A DNA stretch of 63,240 nucleotides, the filler included, from Aduncisulcus paluster (lineage: Eukaryota): assembly GCA_024181965.1 (NCBI GenBank). It is 13 parts of 13 records of this genome, joined end to end, with 100 filler letters (N's around TTAATTAATTAA, not from the genome) between each part and the next. Parts side by side here need not be neighbours in the genome. Positions count along the whole stretch, not along the records: positions 31,447 to 39,049 come from BQXS01011431.1; positions 39,150 to 43,986 come from BQXS01011432.1; positions 44,087 to 47,386 come from BQXS01011433.1; 10 more parts are not named here. One strand, written 5' to 3'. Within the stretch, counting starts at the first letter, position 1. The number at the start of each line of letters is the position of its first letter. Below are positions 34,936-46,756 of the stretch, in pieces. The position numbers and the translations under genes are program-made. The notes under the pieces were generated by a model. The model saw only the letters and a list, made by a program, of their open reading frames with translations. It made no database searches and was not told the origin of the DNA.

Positions 34936-35732
34936 TCGAAAAAAGAGGTTGAGATGTTTTTGAAGGAATCAACATAATAATTCAAAAAAATCAAAACGTA
35001 TTCTCGGCAATTTAATAATGAAGGGGATATTTTTATAAATCTGATACATGTATTCCTTGTTAAGATTTCCCTGATTGTTTTAATAAAAATTTAATAAAAA
35101 AAAACAAGCCATATTTATTCTAATAGTATTTTTGTTCATTATTATTAAAATAAATAAATTTGCGTAATAAAAAACTAATCAATTGGAAGCAATTCATGAA
35201 AAGCAACTTTTTCTCACCTGAGCGGAGAAATACAGAACATAGCATCAATATCATAAGCTAGATAACTATTTACAAGAAAGAATGAAAAAGGTACATAATA
35301 TTAGATATTTTTTGATATAGAAGCCCACATTTCTTAACCACCGCCGGTGGAAAGTTTGTGTTGTTGGAAAAAAATATATTAAAGAAATGTACAGTGCAAC
35401 CACCGTACAGGGGGGACCCCCACGGATGGGGGTAAAAGGGGGGAATTTTACTCATAGATAGAAAGGAGATTGGTGAAGTTAATAATAAAAAGAATAAAAA
35501 GAATACTTCATAGACACAGTTCTAGTTCTCTTCTTATGTTTCAAGGAGAAGAGAAAAGCTTGGATTCGGCAAAATAAAGGAAAGATCACGAATCGAGAAT
35601 CACCATCCAAGAATAAGAAGATGTGACACACAGATTGGGGGAACAGCATTGATGTAATTGATGTTATCGATGTGTTATTCGAGATTCAAATGAGTAAAGC
35701 GAGGGGCAGTTGTGTCATTTTCTCAATTATTT

Positions 35733-36315
35733 TCAGAGACAATGGGTGGAAACCAGGAGCAACGAACAGAACCAGAGAGTTGAGTGTTTTTAGTTTGTAG
35801 CAGTATTTTAGGGAGTAGTATGGCAAATATCAAACGTTTAAGTTCAGTTTTATGTCAATAAAAAGAACGATAATGTGTGAAAAGGTTCGAGAGCCAAACA
35901 GATATCATTGACACAATAACAAGCAGTAGAGAGAATAATACCGTGAACTTCGAATTGCAATGAGTTTAAGCTCCGTTTTTAACGTGATATTCCAGGAATA
36001 TCGGGGAAAATATTATTAAGACATTGTACAATGAAGATGTTATGAATGACACAGTATAAAGAGGGGAATCAAATCAATAAATACATGCCATTTGCTCCAC
36101 AAAATGTTTTCGGGATGAAATTATACCTTTTATCATGTTTTATCCTCTAATTCTCATTGATAAAAATTTCATCCCAAGAAAGAGAATAAAACACCACATT
36201 TCGATGTTTAGAATTGAATATTTCAGTTAACAGTAATCAGCAACAATACATTTTGGTGGGAATCACTTTCAATAGGATTGTATGTCTGTCAAAACAAAAA
36301 AAAAAGTTGACAAGA
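35733..36315 (+). repeat. ~580 bp direct repeat, copy 1 (downstream of BBS4)
   Basis: TCAGAGA.AATGGGTGGAAACCAGGAGC...GTTGACAAGA recurs at 37952-38523. Confidence 0.93.
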
Positions 36316-36545
36316 CTCTTGTCACGATCGGATCGTGACTTAAAAAATAGTATAAAATATGTTTGCAAAGAAAATAATGAGCAAAAAACATAGATTTACA
36401 ATAAAGAATTAGATTCGGATCTATTAATATTGATCGTGGTCTGACCACGGTGGTCAAATCAATGATTTATTAAAATATACAGCATATATCTGAATGATTT
36501 GAATTCTCATTACAATTTAAATATTAAATATTTCAAATATAAAGT

Positions 36546-37838
36546 TTATTCGTTTAGCTCTCCACGAAGTAAAGATATCTTTTCCCTCATTTCCCTATCA
36601 TCGTAGATATATTCGCCCTTTTCATCCATAAGCGATCCTGTGGCTTTTGAAAGCATTGAATTGGCTTCTGAGTTTCTTTTAGCTCTATGGCACACTATAG
36701 CATAATTTATACGTACTAGAGCACAGTCTGATATGCTGATTGACCTTCTGAATGCATTATTAGCGTTCTTATGATCTCCAAGACGACTTACAGCAATACC
36801 AAACAACATTAACAGAGCAGGATGGTTAGGTTTCAATCCAATGGCAGCACTTAACTGCCGGAAAGCATCGACATCACGCTCACAGAACAAGCATACGAGA
36901 CCTAGGTTATATCTAATCCGCCAGTTCAATGGCGCCAAGGTTGAAGCCTTGAACAAACATCCAAGTGCACGTAAACTATGTCCTTTACACACAGAAGGGT
37001 TTGATTCATTTTGGCGACATAGACCATAGTAACCCATACCAATATTGTTCCAAATAAAGGGATGTTCAGGGATATGGAAGATAGATATACGATATTTCGA
37101 CAAGGCTGGCATGATATCTCCCTTTTGTTGAATAATACATGCGGCCATAAACGCACATTCAGGATCACTAGGGTTTCGAGTGAGGGCATTTCCAATAAAT
37201 TGAAAGGCTTCAGAACTCAACCCCATTTGGAGGCAACACTTTGCAGCTTCTCGCAATGGAGCTATGCTATGCGGTTCAGACGCAGCAGCTTCTTTAAATT
37301 GGGCAAGACAATTCTGGAAGAGTAAATTATACTGCTCTGTATCTCCTTTTCTATTCGCTGCATCGGCCATAATAAAATAAAGATGGCCAAATTCTATATA
37401 TGTTTGAAGTTTTCGACCCAAAGACAATGCTTTGGACAAGAAATAAGATGCTTTGGGATAATCCTTCAGAGCAACCCATGAAATTCCAATAAGATGATGA
37501 ATATGCCAATTAGAAACGGTTTCTAACTCAGATAATGTGTCAATGGCACGTGAATAAGATCCATTGAGGTAAAAACACCGGGCAAGAGATATTTTATAAA
37601 ATATAGATGTAGGGTTAAGTTTTAAAGCGGCTACTAATAAAGAAATTGCATTATCCAATTCTCCGCATTCTTTTTTAATCATAGCTGCAAGGTGCAAAGC
37701 GTAGGCAGATACTTTGCCTTGACTTTTTAAAGTCATGATTATTTCCAAGGAATAATCGTGTGATCCTTGAAGGTAAAGGTGATGTATGTACCAATTCCTA
37801 TTTTCGTGGGATGGGCTATCAAAGGATCTCTTCGCCAT
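36546..37838 (-). CDS. BBS4: BBSome subunit BBS4 (TPR protein)
   Basis: NWYIHHLY, TPR array, ALSKYR, IWNNIGMGYYG, CLFKASTLAPLNWRIRYNLGLV, LSAAI, LVRINYAI. The first ATG is at 37838; the ORF track starts at TTG 37886. Confidence 0.87.
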   Translation of the reverse strand: MAKRSFDSPSHENRNWYIHHLYLQGSHDYSLEIIMTLKSQGKVSAYALHLAAMIKKECGELDNAISLLVAALKLNPTSIFYKISLARCFYLNGSYSRAIDTLSELETVSNWHIHHLIGISWVALKDYPKASYFLSKALSLGRKLQTYIEFGHLYFIMADAANRKGDTEQYNLLFQNCLAQFKEAAASEPHSIAPLREAAKCCLQMGLSSEAFQFIGNALTRNPSDPECAFMAACIIQQKGDIMPALSKYRISIFHIPEHPFIWNNIGMGYYGLCRQNESNPSVCKGHSLRALGCLFKASTLAPLNWRIRYNLGLVCLFCERDVDAFRQLSAAIGLKPNHPALLMLFGIAVSRLGDHKNANNAFRRSISISDCALVRINYAIVCHRAKRNSEANSMLSKATGSLMDEKGEYIYDDREMREKISLLRGELNE

Positions 37839-37951
37839 GTTGTCAAAAACGAGAGGCTCACTATACAGATTTGGGGTTTCTTTCAATTGAACCTTTATTT
37901 GTTTAAATAGCTTAAAACTCTTCTTTCAACAAGGATTTTTTTATTTTTTTG

Positions 37952-38523
37952 TCAGAGATAATGGGGTGGAAACCAGGAGCAGAAAGTTGAGTGTTTTTAG
38001 TTTGTAGCAGTATTTTAAGGAGTAGTACAGTAAATATCAAACGTTTAAGTTCAGTTTTATGTCAATAAAAAGAACAATAATGTGTCAAAAAGTTCGAGAT
38101 CCAAACAGATAGCATTGACACACAATAACAAGCAGTAGAGATAATAATGGAATGAACTTCGAATTGCAATGAGTTTAAGCTCCGTTTTTAACGTGATATT
38201 CCAGGAATATCGGGGAAAATATTATTAAGACATTGTACAATGAAGATGTTATGAATGACACAGTATAAAGAGGGGAATCAAATCAATAAATACATGCCAT
38301 TTGCTCCACAAAATGTTTTCGGGATGAAATTATACCTTTTATCATGTTTTATCCTCTAATTCTCATTGATAAAAATTTCATCCCAAGAAAGAGAATAAAA
38401 CACCACATTTCGATGTTTAGAATTGAATATTTCAGTTAACAGTAATCAGCAACAATACATTTGGTGGGAATCACTTTCAATAGGATTGTATGTCTGTCAA
38501 AACAAAAAAAAAAGTTGACAAGA
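37952..38523 (+). repeat. ~570 bp direct repeat, copy 2 (upstream of BBS4)
   Basis: Matches 35733-36315. The 3' two-thirds is almost identical, while the 5' third has several substitutions and indels. Confidence 0.93.
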
Positions 38524-38635
38524 TCGTGAATCTGAATTGAATAAGGGATCACAGATCGGTCGGAGCGTCTTTATTTTATATTCAAATAAATTTGTGTATT
38601 TATTTTATAGTAAGGCATCCTGAATATGATTCAAT

Positions 38636-39049
38636 TCACTTTGCTTTATTTTTCGATACCTTTAAGGCTCTTTTCTTAACATTCTTTTTCATTTTCCCTT
38701 TTCTTTTTTCACGATTTGCTTCCTTTTGTAATTTTTTAAACTCTTTCCACTCTTCTTTGCTCATATCTTTCCTACTGATTGTTATAGCACCTTCCTCTTC
38801 CTCCTCTTCCTCCTCTTCCTCTTCTTTCTCTTCCTCTTCCTCTTCTTCCACCTTCTCACTTTCCTCTTTCTCTTCCTCTTCTTCCTCCTTTCGATCTTCA
38901 ACTAAATGCACCAAATTCATATAAATGTCCGAAGGGAGTTGGAATATTTTTTCTCCATACTCTGTTAGAGATCGTGGAATATGTGAGTGCAAGAAAAAGT
39001 CGACATCTTCCTCTTCAGCTCTTTCGGTGGAATATCTATATACTTTCGA
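38636..39049 (-). CDS. RIO1: C-terminal fragment of RIO1 kinase (5'-partial)
   Basis: FLHSHIPRSLTEY, an acidic tract, then KEEWKEFKKLQKEANREKRKGKMKKNVKKR, which match the RIO1 tail motifs IPRxL and KEAxREKRKxKxxKxVKK. Confidence 0.7.
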   Translation of the reverse strand, partial: SKVYRYSTERAEEEDVDFFLHSHIPRSLTEYGEKIFQLPSDIYMNLVHLVEDRKEEEEEEKEESEKVEEEEEEEKEEEEEEEEEEEGAITISRKDMSKEEWKEFKKLQKEANREKRKGKMKKNVKKRALKVSKNKAK

Positions 39050-39149
39050 NNNNNNNNNNNNNNNNNNNNNNNNNNNNNNNNNNNNNNNNNNNNTTAATTA
39101 ATTAANNNNNNNNNNNNNNNNNNNNNNNNNNNNNNNNNNNNNNNNNNNN

Positions 39150-39566
39150 CCTTTGTTCCTCTTCTCGTTTCTTCATTTCTTCCTCTCTTCTCTTCCTTTC
39201 TTCTTTTCTTCTCAGCATTTCTTCTTCGTGTTTTCTTTGCTCTTCTTCTCTTCTCATGATCTCTTCTTCCCTTTTTCTTATTTCTTCTTTCCTCTTCTGT
39301 ATCTCTTCTTCCTTCAACTTAGCTTCAATAATTCTCCGAGTTTCCTCTTTCATTCTTCTTGTTTCTTCATCCTGTATTCTTCTTTCCTCACTAAGCCTAC
39401 TTTCGATCATTTTTGTTTCCTCTTCAGGATTTCTCCTGGGAAGAGCAACACATTTCATTGGTTCATTTTCTTCAAAAGAAAAGGAACTTGGAAACGAAAA
39501 GCTATCTTCTTCCATCGAGAAAACCCGAATTTTATCAGAAGGCTTTGATAAAGTTGGGATATTCAA
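39150..39566 (-). CDS. E/R/K-rich charged helical protein, N-terminal fragment
   Basis: Open frame running into the contig end, with EEExxRK-type repeats. Confidence 0.5.
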
Positions 39567-39823
39567 ATAAAAGGAATGTATTATGAACTAATTCAGATAG
39601 TATAATCATACTTGGACTATTATACTTTATTTCAAGGTGTATTTCATGCTCTATGGTTCTTTTTCCGATCTGGAGGATGATTACATTATTGAAAATTAAT
39701 TTAAGGTAAAATTGCCATAAATAACTCTAGTTACATTAATATCTTCCGTAATATATTTTGACTAGTTGAAGATAACAGTTTGAGTTCTTTCCTCTTTCAT
39801 TTCTTGACACAAACACAAAATAT

Positions 39824-41305
39824 ATGTATAGATTTAAATTACGATTTATTGATGGAAAAACGGTGATAATTTCGCTCCCTGATGAGGCCACCTATAATCA
39901 ACTGTGTGCTGAAATTGCCTCTCACTGTTCAATCTTGAAAGATAATCTTGTGATATATTATCAATCTCGAGCTGGAAGACAACAACTTGAGTTGGAATCT
40001 CATCAATTACTTTCAATTCTTGACTCGCTCCCAAAGTCCTGTTTATTGCATATTGAACAAAAAGAAATTCCTCTTTCTCCTACCGTCGAAGAGATTCCTT
40101 CTCCCCCAATTGAGTATCCTGCGACCCAATATACGCCTATTCCGACTCCAAGTAGATATCCAATTGTTGATGTGACATGTCCTGATGATCCCATCGAAAA
40201 AGAAGAATTGGAAGTTCCTATCTTTGACGTTGAAAGTATTCTTCGTGCGGCCGAGTCAATCCCTTCTAAATCAACAACTCCTCCAGCAATATCTTCCATT
40301 ACACCTGATGTTATCTCGAGGTTAGTTGAAGGATCGCCTTCGTCAAACCCTTCAACCGGCAGTGGGAGCTCTACGGGGTCTTCCGAACTTCCAAAAATAG
40401 AAACTCATCTTCCTGGTGAACGTCCTCTTGATTCCACTTCATATGAAACATTATTGAAACCTATTGCGACACTCTCTGAGATGGAAATACTCCACCATAG
40501 ATGTCACATCCATTCGCTGTTAGCATTTGCCCATAGTCTTCATTCTGCATTGGATTCGTCCTCTCTAATGGCTCTTGGCTTCCGTCCTGTTCTAAAACAT
40601 GTGAGTGGTGATGGTGGATGTCTTTTCCACTCATTATCTTTCCTTTCAATGTTGTCAATGAAGCAAACAAGGGATATCGAACGCAAAATACTGTCAACAA
40701 TTGGAATAGACTTCCACTTTAACCCTAAATGGCTCAGACGATGCGTCTGCAGTGTTTTAAACCTCTTTCCAAATGCTTTTTCCGGAATGTTGGATGAAAA
40801 AATTGATATTTATGCTACAAAGATGGCTGACGAGAGTACCTGGGCTGGAGCCGTTGAAATTGATATTTTAGCAGCCATTCTTGACATAGAAGTCCATGTT
40901 TTGTCGGTGGAAACTATGCAAACCCATCGATTCGGGAGGGGATATCTGGCCGAAAGAGTGCGTCGGGTCCTTGAAAAGTCTCGTTTTATCTCTGAAGAAC
41001 AGGTTTCTAAGAGAGTTATTGGGCCAAGATTATATTTATGCTATGATGGTTCCCACTATAATCCTCTTTATTTCAAAGACGGAAGTGGGCAAGAAATCAA
41101 ATGTTTTATCCCTTCCGATGAGGGAATACCAGAGCTTTTCAAGAAGGAAGTGGTATCGGTGCTACACGCATGCAAAAAGTATACAAAGCAATCCAGCATG
41201 AAAATTAGATGTGGAAATTGTGGAGTTATCTTAAGTGGAATGAAAGCTGCTCAAAAACACGCAGAATATACAGGTCATCAGAATTTTATGGAGGCAGGAA
41301 TGTGA
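39824..41305 (+). CDS. OTU1: OTU1/YOD1-like deubiquitinase (Ubl/UBX-like, OTU, C2H2 ZnF)
   Basis: N-terminal ubiquitin-like fold (FKLRFIDGK), GDGGCLFHSLS, TWAGAVEI, YDGSHYNPL, and CGNCG...AQKHAEYTGHQNF. Confidence 0.88.
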   Translation: MYRFKLRFIDGKTVIISLPDEATYNQLCAEIASHCSILKDNLVIYYQSRAGRQQLELESHQLLSILDSLPKSCLLHIEQKEIPLSPTVEEIPSPPIEYPATQYTPIPTPSRYPIVDVTCPDDPIEKEELEVPIFDVESILRAAESIPSKSTTPPAISSITPDVISRLVEGSPSSNPSTGSGSSTGSSELPKIETHLPGERPLDSTSYETLLKPIATLSEMEILHHRCHIHSLLAFAHSLHSALDSSSLMALGFRPVLKHVSGDGGCLFHSLSFLSMLSMKQTRDIERKILSTIGIDFHFNPKWLRRCVCSVLNLFPNAFSGMLDEKIDIYATKMADESTWAGAVEIDILAAILDIEVHVLSVETMQTHRFGRGYLAERVRRVLEKSRFISEEQVSKRVIGPRLYLCYDGSHYNPLYFKDGSGQEIKCFIPSDEGIPELFKKEVVSVLHACKKYTKQSSMKIRCGNCGVILSGMKAAQKHAEYTGHQNFMEAGM

Positions 41306-41560
41306 TAAATGTGTGAATAGTTTATTTAAAATGTAAATCTTCTCCAAAGCTTATCACTGGTAAGATAATTATGCAGGTTCTCTCACATCCTTGCTTGGTG
41401 AATTATTTTCTCAAAAATTAACATATTATTTAATAAATGCTCATTTAATTAAATTATTAATGTTTATTTGTCGTTATATATTTAACAATGACAATATATA
41501 AGAAATCATCTCAGTTTTGTGGTATCTTAAAAGGATATACCTAAAATAAGATTAATAATA

Positions 41561-43986
41561 ATGTATAGGAACTATACATATTCTTCCCCAATCCCTAATG
41601 GTGCGGATATACCAATGAAAGGAGCTTTCTCCCCTTTCGCAAGAGATTTCTCAAAATCTGAGCTTTCTACCTACAAGCAAATATTTTTAGCTATTTCTAC
41701 TGTTGGTATTGTTACAGGATCATCGGCTGCTCATGTCTTAAAAGCAGCCATTGGTGTTTCTAGACGAGAATTGAGACACATATATGATCTTAGCAATTGT
41801 TCTCGAGGATTGAGTCAAGAAGAGTTCTATGTGATGATGAGATATATTGCTGCTGCTCAGCAGGGACTTCCTCTGTCAATTGAGACTGGTCGTTTCCCTG
41901 TTGTTCCTGTTGCTGATATTGACAGATCTTCTTTGTTTATAGGGCTCCAATCGTTTGAGAAAAAGATGAAACAAACTCAATTGTTAGCTTCTAAATCCCC
42001 ACAATTCCCTTCTTCTCCTCTTATCACTTCTTCCCATCTCCACTCCCCATCGTCATATCAATCTCCTCTATTCAAGCCGAAATCAACAGTAGGATTAAAA
42101 ACTATGCCAACTTTTCAATCGTCATCGACAGTTCCGATTCCTTCAACGGAGAATATTCTCAAGCTGCATGAAGTGTTCTTGTCAAGGGCCCGGGAGAGGC
42201 TGTTTTATGAGCCCGCGTGTGAAATTCGTGGTTCTGAAGACTATATTGATGATAGATCATCGTCTCAACGTGATCATTCGCCACCTCTTCCAAATTGGTA
42301 TTTTGAGAATGTTATCACTGAAAGTGAACTTCGTGACTTGATATCTCCCTATGTCAGTTCTGTCTATTTCCACCGTATGGTATTTTCCAGGGTATCTGAC
42401 TATTCATATGTTGCCGGTTCAGGTTCGACACAGGCTCGTCGTGATTGTCTGGATGAGTTCTCCGATAAACTTACCCATTCTTCTGGATATGGTCGTAAAA
42501 AAACATCCAAAGCCACACCTGGTGTTCATTCTCACTCATTCATTGAACAACGGTCTCCTGTACTCCAATTTGGAGGATTTAGTAGTGGAGTCGACCAATA
42601 CCCTCATCAACCAGCTTCCATTTTGAATGGACATTCTCAAGATAAACCCATTTTTAGACATGATTCCTTTTCTAGTGATCCAGTTCTCCTGTTCCCGTTC
42701 TATCTTGTTCTTTGTTCCATCCGTCTTTTGAGTTGTAGCCACCTTCCATCTGATATTGATCCAATCGTGGTTGAATGTCGTCAACTGTGCCAAAAGTTAT
42801 TTGAAGGCGAAACCGAAGAGGCTCATAATAGTGACCGGTCGACAACAACTTCATACCAAACCGATGCTCATGAATCAGTTTCCGAACAACATCGTGAGGA
42901 TGAGGATAGTGTTGGTGCTGACACTGATGGTCAATACGGTATTCAATCCCATCTAAAAATAGAACAGAATGATGAACAACATAATGATGATGCTCCTGCT
43001 GAAGAGCATCATGGCGATGCTCGAGTGAGAGACTGGGCGCATGAATATGGTCAAGATACTGGTGGTGAGCAGTCTATGATGGTTGATAAGCACCATCGTG
43101 ACTCCACACCACCTCTCCTTGACTCCGTTTCTCCTCCAATCCACTTGGGTTTGTCTGATGAGAGGATGAGATACGGCATGCAGGGTGGAGGAGAGAGAGA
43201 GAATGCCGGAATAGACATTGAGGAAAAGAAGGAACAAGAAGAGGAAGATGAGAATGAGGATAGTCAGTGTGATGATGATAGCGGGTTTATATCAGTGGAA
43301 GAGAAAGAGGAAGCAATGGATAATGTGTCTTTGGAGTCACATTCAGAATCCAAACTTAAAGAGGAAAGCAAGGGAGATGATATGAACATAGACAGAGAGG
43401 AATGGAGAAAAGAGAAGGAAGAGTGGAGAAAAGAGAGAGAAGAGTGGAAACAGGAAAGAGAAGAGTGGAGAAGAGAGAGAGAAGAATGGAGAAGGGAGAG
43501 AGAAGAATGGAAAAGAGAAATGATTCGGTATTTATCCCATATGAAAGATCAGCAACAAGAAGAAGAATCTTCTCAGCTCGAAGTGAATACTGTTGAAGTT
43601 GAGTTATTAATTACTGGCACTGAAGGTGATAATGTTCCTTCTCAAATTAAGGACATTGCCGGAATTGGAGAGATTGCCGGAATTGATGATGATGAGGTAT
43701 TCATTGTTCAAGAAATGGTTCATGCCCTTCCACATGAGATCGTTGAGAATGGTGGAATTGTTCTTGATGTCGACAATGAAAAAGAAGAGAATGGTGGAAT
43801 AACACTTCATATGGACGATATTGACAATCAATCTCCAGTAGCTACACTCGTAGTGGGATCTGAACATTCACACAATCACGAAGAAGAGGAAGAAGAGCAG
43901 GAGAAAGAGGAAGAGGAGAAAGAGGAAGAGGAGAAAGAAGAGGAAAAAGAAGAGGAAGAGGAAGAGGAAGAAGAAGAGGAAGAAGA
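41561..43986 (+). CDS. EH-domain protein with acidic low-complexity C-terminal half (3'-partial)
   Basis: YKQIF..GIVTGSSAAHVLKA..GVSRRELRHIYDLSN..GLSQEEFYVMMRYIAAAQQG is EH-domain-like. EREEWRR heptad repeats occur at ~43393-43512. Confidence 0.65.
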
Positions 43987-44086
43987 NNNNNNNNNNNNNN
44001 NNNNNNNNNNNNNNNNNNNNNNNNNNNNNNTTAATTAATTAANNNNNNNNNNNNNNNNNNNNNNNNNNNNNNNNNNNNNNNNNNNN

Positions 44087-46561
44087 GCTGCACCTTTAGT
44101 GATTGACAGGAAACCATCGGGGAAACTACGGCTTTGCTGTGGTTATGTAAGGCTAAACAAAATAACAATAGATGATGAATACCCTTTACCCCGACAAGAC
44201 ACCCTTTTCTCGGCCTTAGAAGGTCAAACAATCTTTGCAGCGTTAGATCTACGAAATGGTTACTATCACATAGAAGTTGAGGAAGCTACGAAGAAAATGA
44301 CGGCGTTCATTACACCGTTTGGATTATTCCAGTGGAATCGTATGCCTTTCGGACTTAAGACGGCTCCTGCACACTTTCAACGATGTATCAACGAAGTTTT
44401 AAAGGATTTGGTGCCCAAAACGTGCTTAATCTACTTAGACGATATTTTGGTTTTCGGTAATAACGAATTACAGTTTTTAGATAACTTAAAAAGTGTTTTG
44501 GAACGATTAGCGGAACATAACTTATGTCTAAATCTGGACAAATGTAAAATCGGGATGAGGAGAGTCCGTTATCTGGGTTTCAACATTTCATCACAAGGAA
44601 GAACAATTGACAAGAAGAGGTTGGAAACATTGAGGAAAATGAAGACCCCAGCAACACTGAAAGAAGTACAGAAGTTGATAGGAAATATCAATTTTCTCCG
44701 ACAATTTATCTTAGATTATTCCCGCGTATGTGAACCGATAACAAGATTAATGAAAGGAAAGGCACAGGAAATAACATGGGGAAGTGAACAAGATAGAGCC
44801 TGGAACACGATCCTTGACCGATTGGACCACCACCTGGTGCTGGAACATGCTTCACACGAAGGAAAATTTATCCTGAGAACGGATGCGTCTACATCAGGTA
44901 TTGGGGGAATTTTGTTACAAAGACAATCCTCAGGAAAAGAGAGACTCATAAATCTATTCAGTAAGAAATTCACGGAAACAGAAGCAAAATGGAGCACAAT
45001 CGAACAGGAGGCGTTTGGTGTTCTATTTGGGATACTCTCAAATGAATATTTCTTGTTGGGGAAAACATTTTTGGTTGAAACAGACCACAGAAACCTTAAA
45101 TACATTTTCACGAGTGAGGTACCAAAGTTAGTGAGGTGGAGAATGAAGTTATCACCATTTTCTTTTGAGGTAAAACATATTCCGGGAACCGAGAACTCAA
45201 CAGCCGATTTTCTCTCGAGAATTAAAACATCGGACGAAGATCACACACCGAATAGTATCCTTGTACACAGTGTGGTACAAAAGGACACGTATCGAGAAAG
45301 AGAGGAGATATTGAAGAAAATACACGAAGAACTAGGACATGCCTCAGAGAATCTAATGATTAGGGTACTCAAGGAACGGGGTTTTACGTGGAGATCGATG
45401 CATGTACAAGCCCGAGATTTATGTCGGAAATGTCTGCGTTGTCAGAAAGTACACAAGGGGAGACCACTCCCAGTGGGGCACCATTTGAAGGCTTCGACCG
45501 TTTTTGAATGTGTATCAATTGATACGGTTGGTCCTTTACCAGTGGACAGCAACGGATTTAAACACCTTCTCGTGGCAATCGATGACTTCTCGAGGTTCGT
45601 CTTAATTCACCCTTTACGTTCTTTGATGGCGACGGAAGTGGCCAGAGTTTTGTTCACATATATTTTTTCCATCCACGGACCTCCCTCGGCGATTAGATCA
45701 GATGGTGGTTTTGTGAACGAAACTGTGAGAGAATTATGCAAATTATGCTCAATCGACCTGATTACAACTCTCCCATATAACCATGAGGAGAACGGGTTAG
45801 TAGAAAGGTTGAACCGAGAAATACGTCGAATATCAAGAATTTATTTTATGGACTCGGATTCTCCAGACTATATGCTGGATTCTGCCGCATTGGTGTCAGC
45901 CCTAAACACCAGGGTACACTCTTCAACGGGGTTTTCCCCGTATTCCGCGATTTTCGGGACAAAGAGAAGGCTGACAACTCTCCCTCCAAATCCCCACCCG
46001 ACCTGTACTCTAACAAAAGAGAAAATTGTCGAGTTAGATGCACGGTTGAGGAGGATAAATACTATTTTGGCAGATAAGCAGGAAAAGACATATCAAAAAC
46101 AAGATCGGAAGATAGATGAAACACTGAGCTTCAAAGTGAACGAACTTGTTTTACTCGTACCAGCGAAAACACCAAGGAAACACGTGCCGGTGGTAAAGGG
46201 ACCGTTCGAGATAAAATCGTTTCTTGGTGATAGATACGTTCTTCAAACCACAGACGGAGGAAGTTCGTTTACTGTGCCCCACCGTCGATTAAGAAAATAT
46301 ACTCGGGGAGAAGAATCAGATGAAGAGCTGAAGAGAATTTCAGCGAAGGATGAAAACGAGTATTTGGTCGAGAAGATCCTTTCGAAGAGATTCGGAGGAA
46401 AGAAACCTATCGAATTTAAGGTAAGATGGGCTGGATACGGAGAGGAAGAAGACTCCTGGCTCCGCTGGAAGGAGGTAAAAGACCTCGAAGCACTCGAAAC
46501 CTTTCTAAGGGAACAGCCGAGGCTGCGAGAAAGGATAGAGTCGAAACAAATGAAGTTATAA
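44087..46561 (+). mobile_element. Ty3/Gypsy LTR retrotransposon pol: RT, RNase H, integrase, chromodomain (5'-partial)
   Basis: LDLRNGYYHI, KMTAFITPFG, RMPFGLKTAP, YLDD; RNase H TDAS, E, ETDH, ADFLSR; integrase H..GH...CLRCQ, IDTVGP, SDGG, ENGLVER; chromodomain EYLVEKIL..EFKVRWAGYGEEEDSW. Confidence 0.96.
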
Positions 46562-46756
46562 GATCGAATTCTGGTTTGTCAACATCACTCAATATTTTTT
46601 ACAAAGAGATGCTCCCCAGTTTCTAAGACTGCTACATATTGGGTATCAAGACCCTTCCAGAGAAAGACAACAATAACATGTCTTCGAAAATCATTATGTG
46701 AATCCTTTTTTAGGGAAAGTGCATTATCCTATTCTCAAAGTTGGGGTTTAGCCCGT

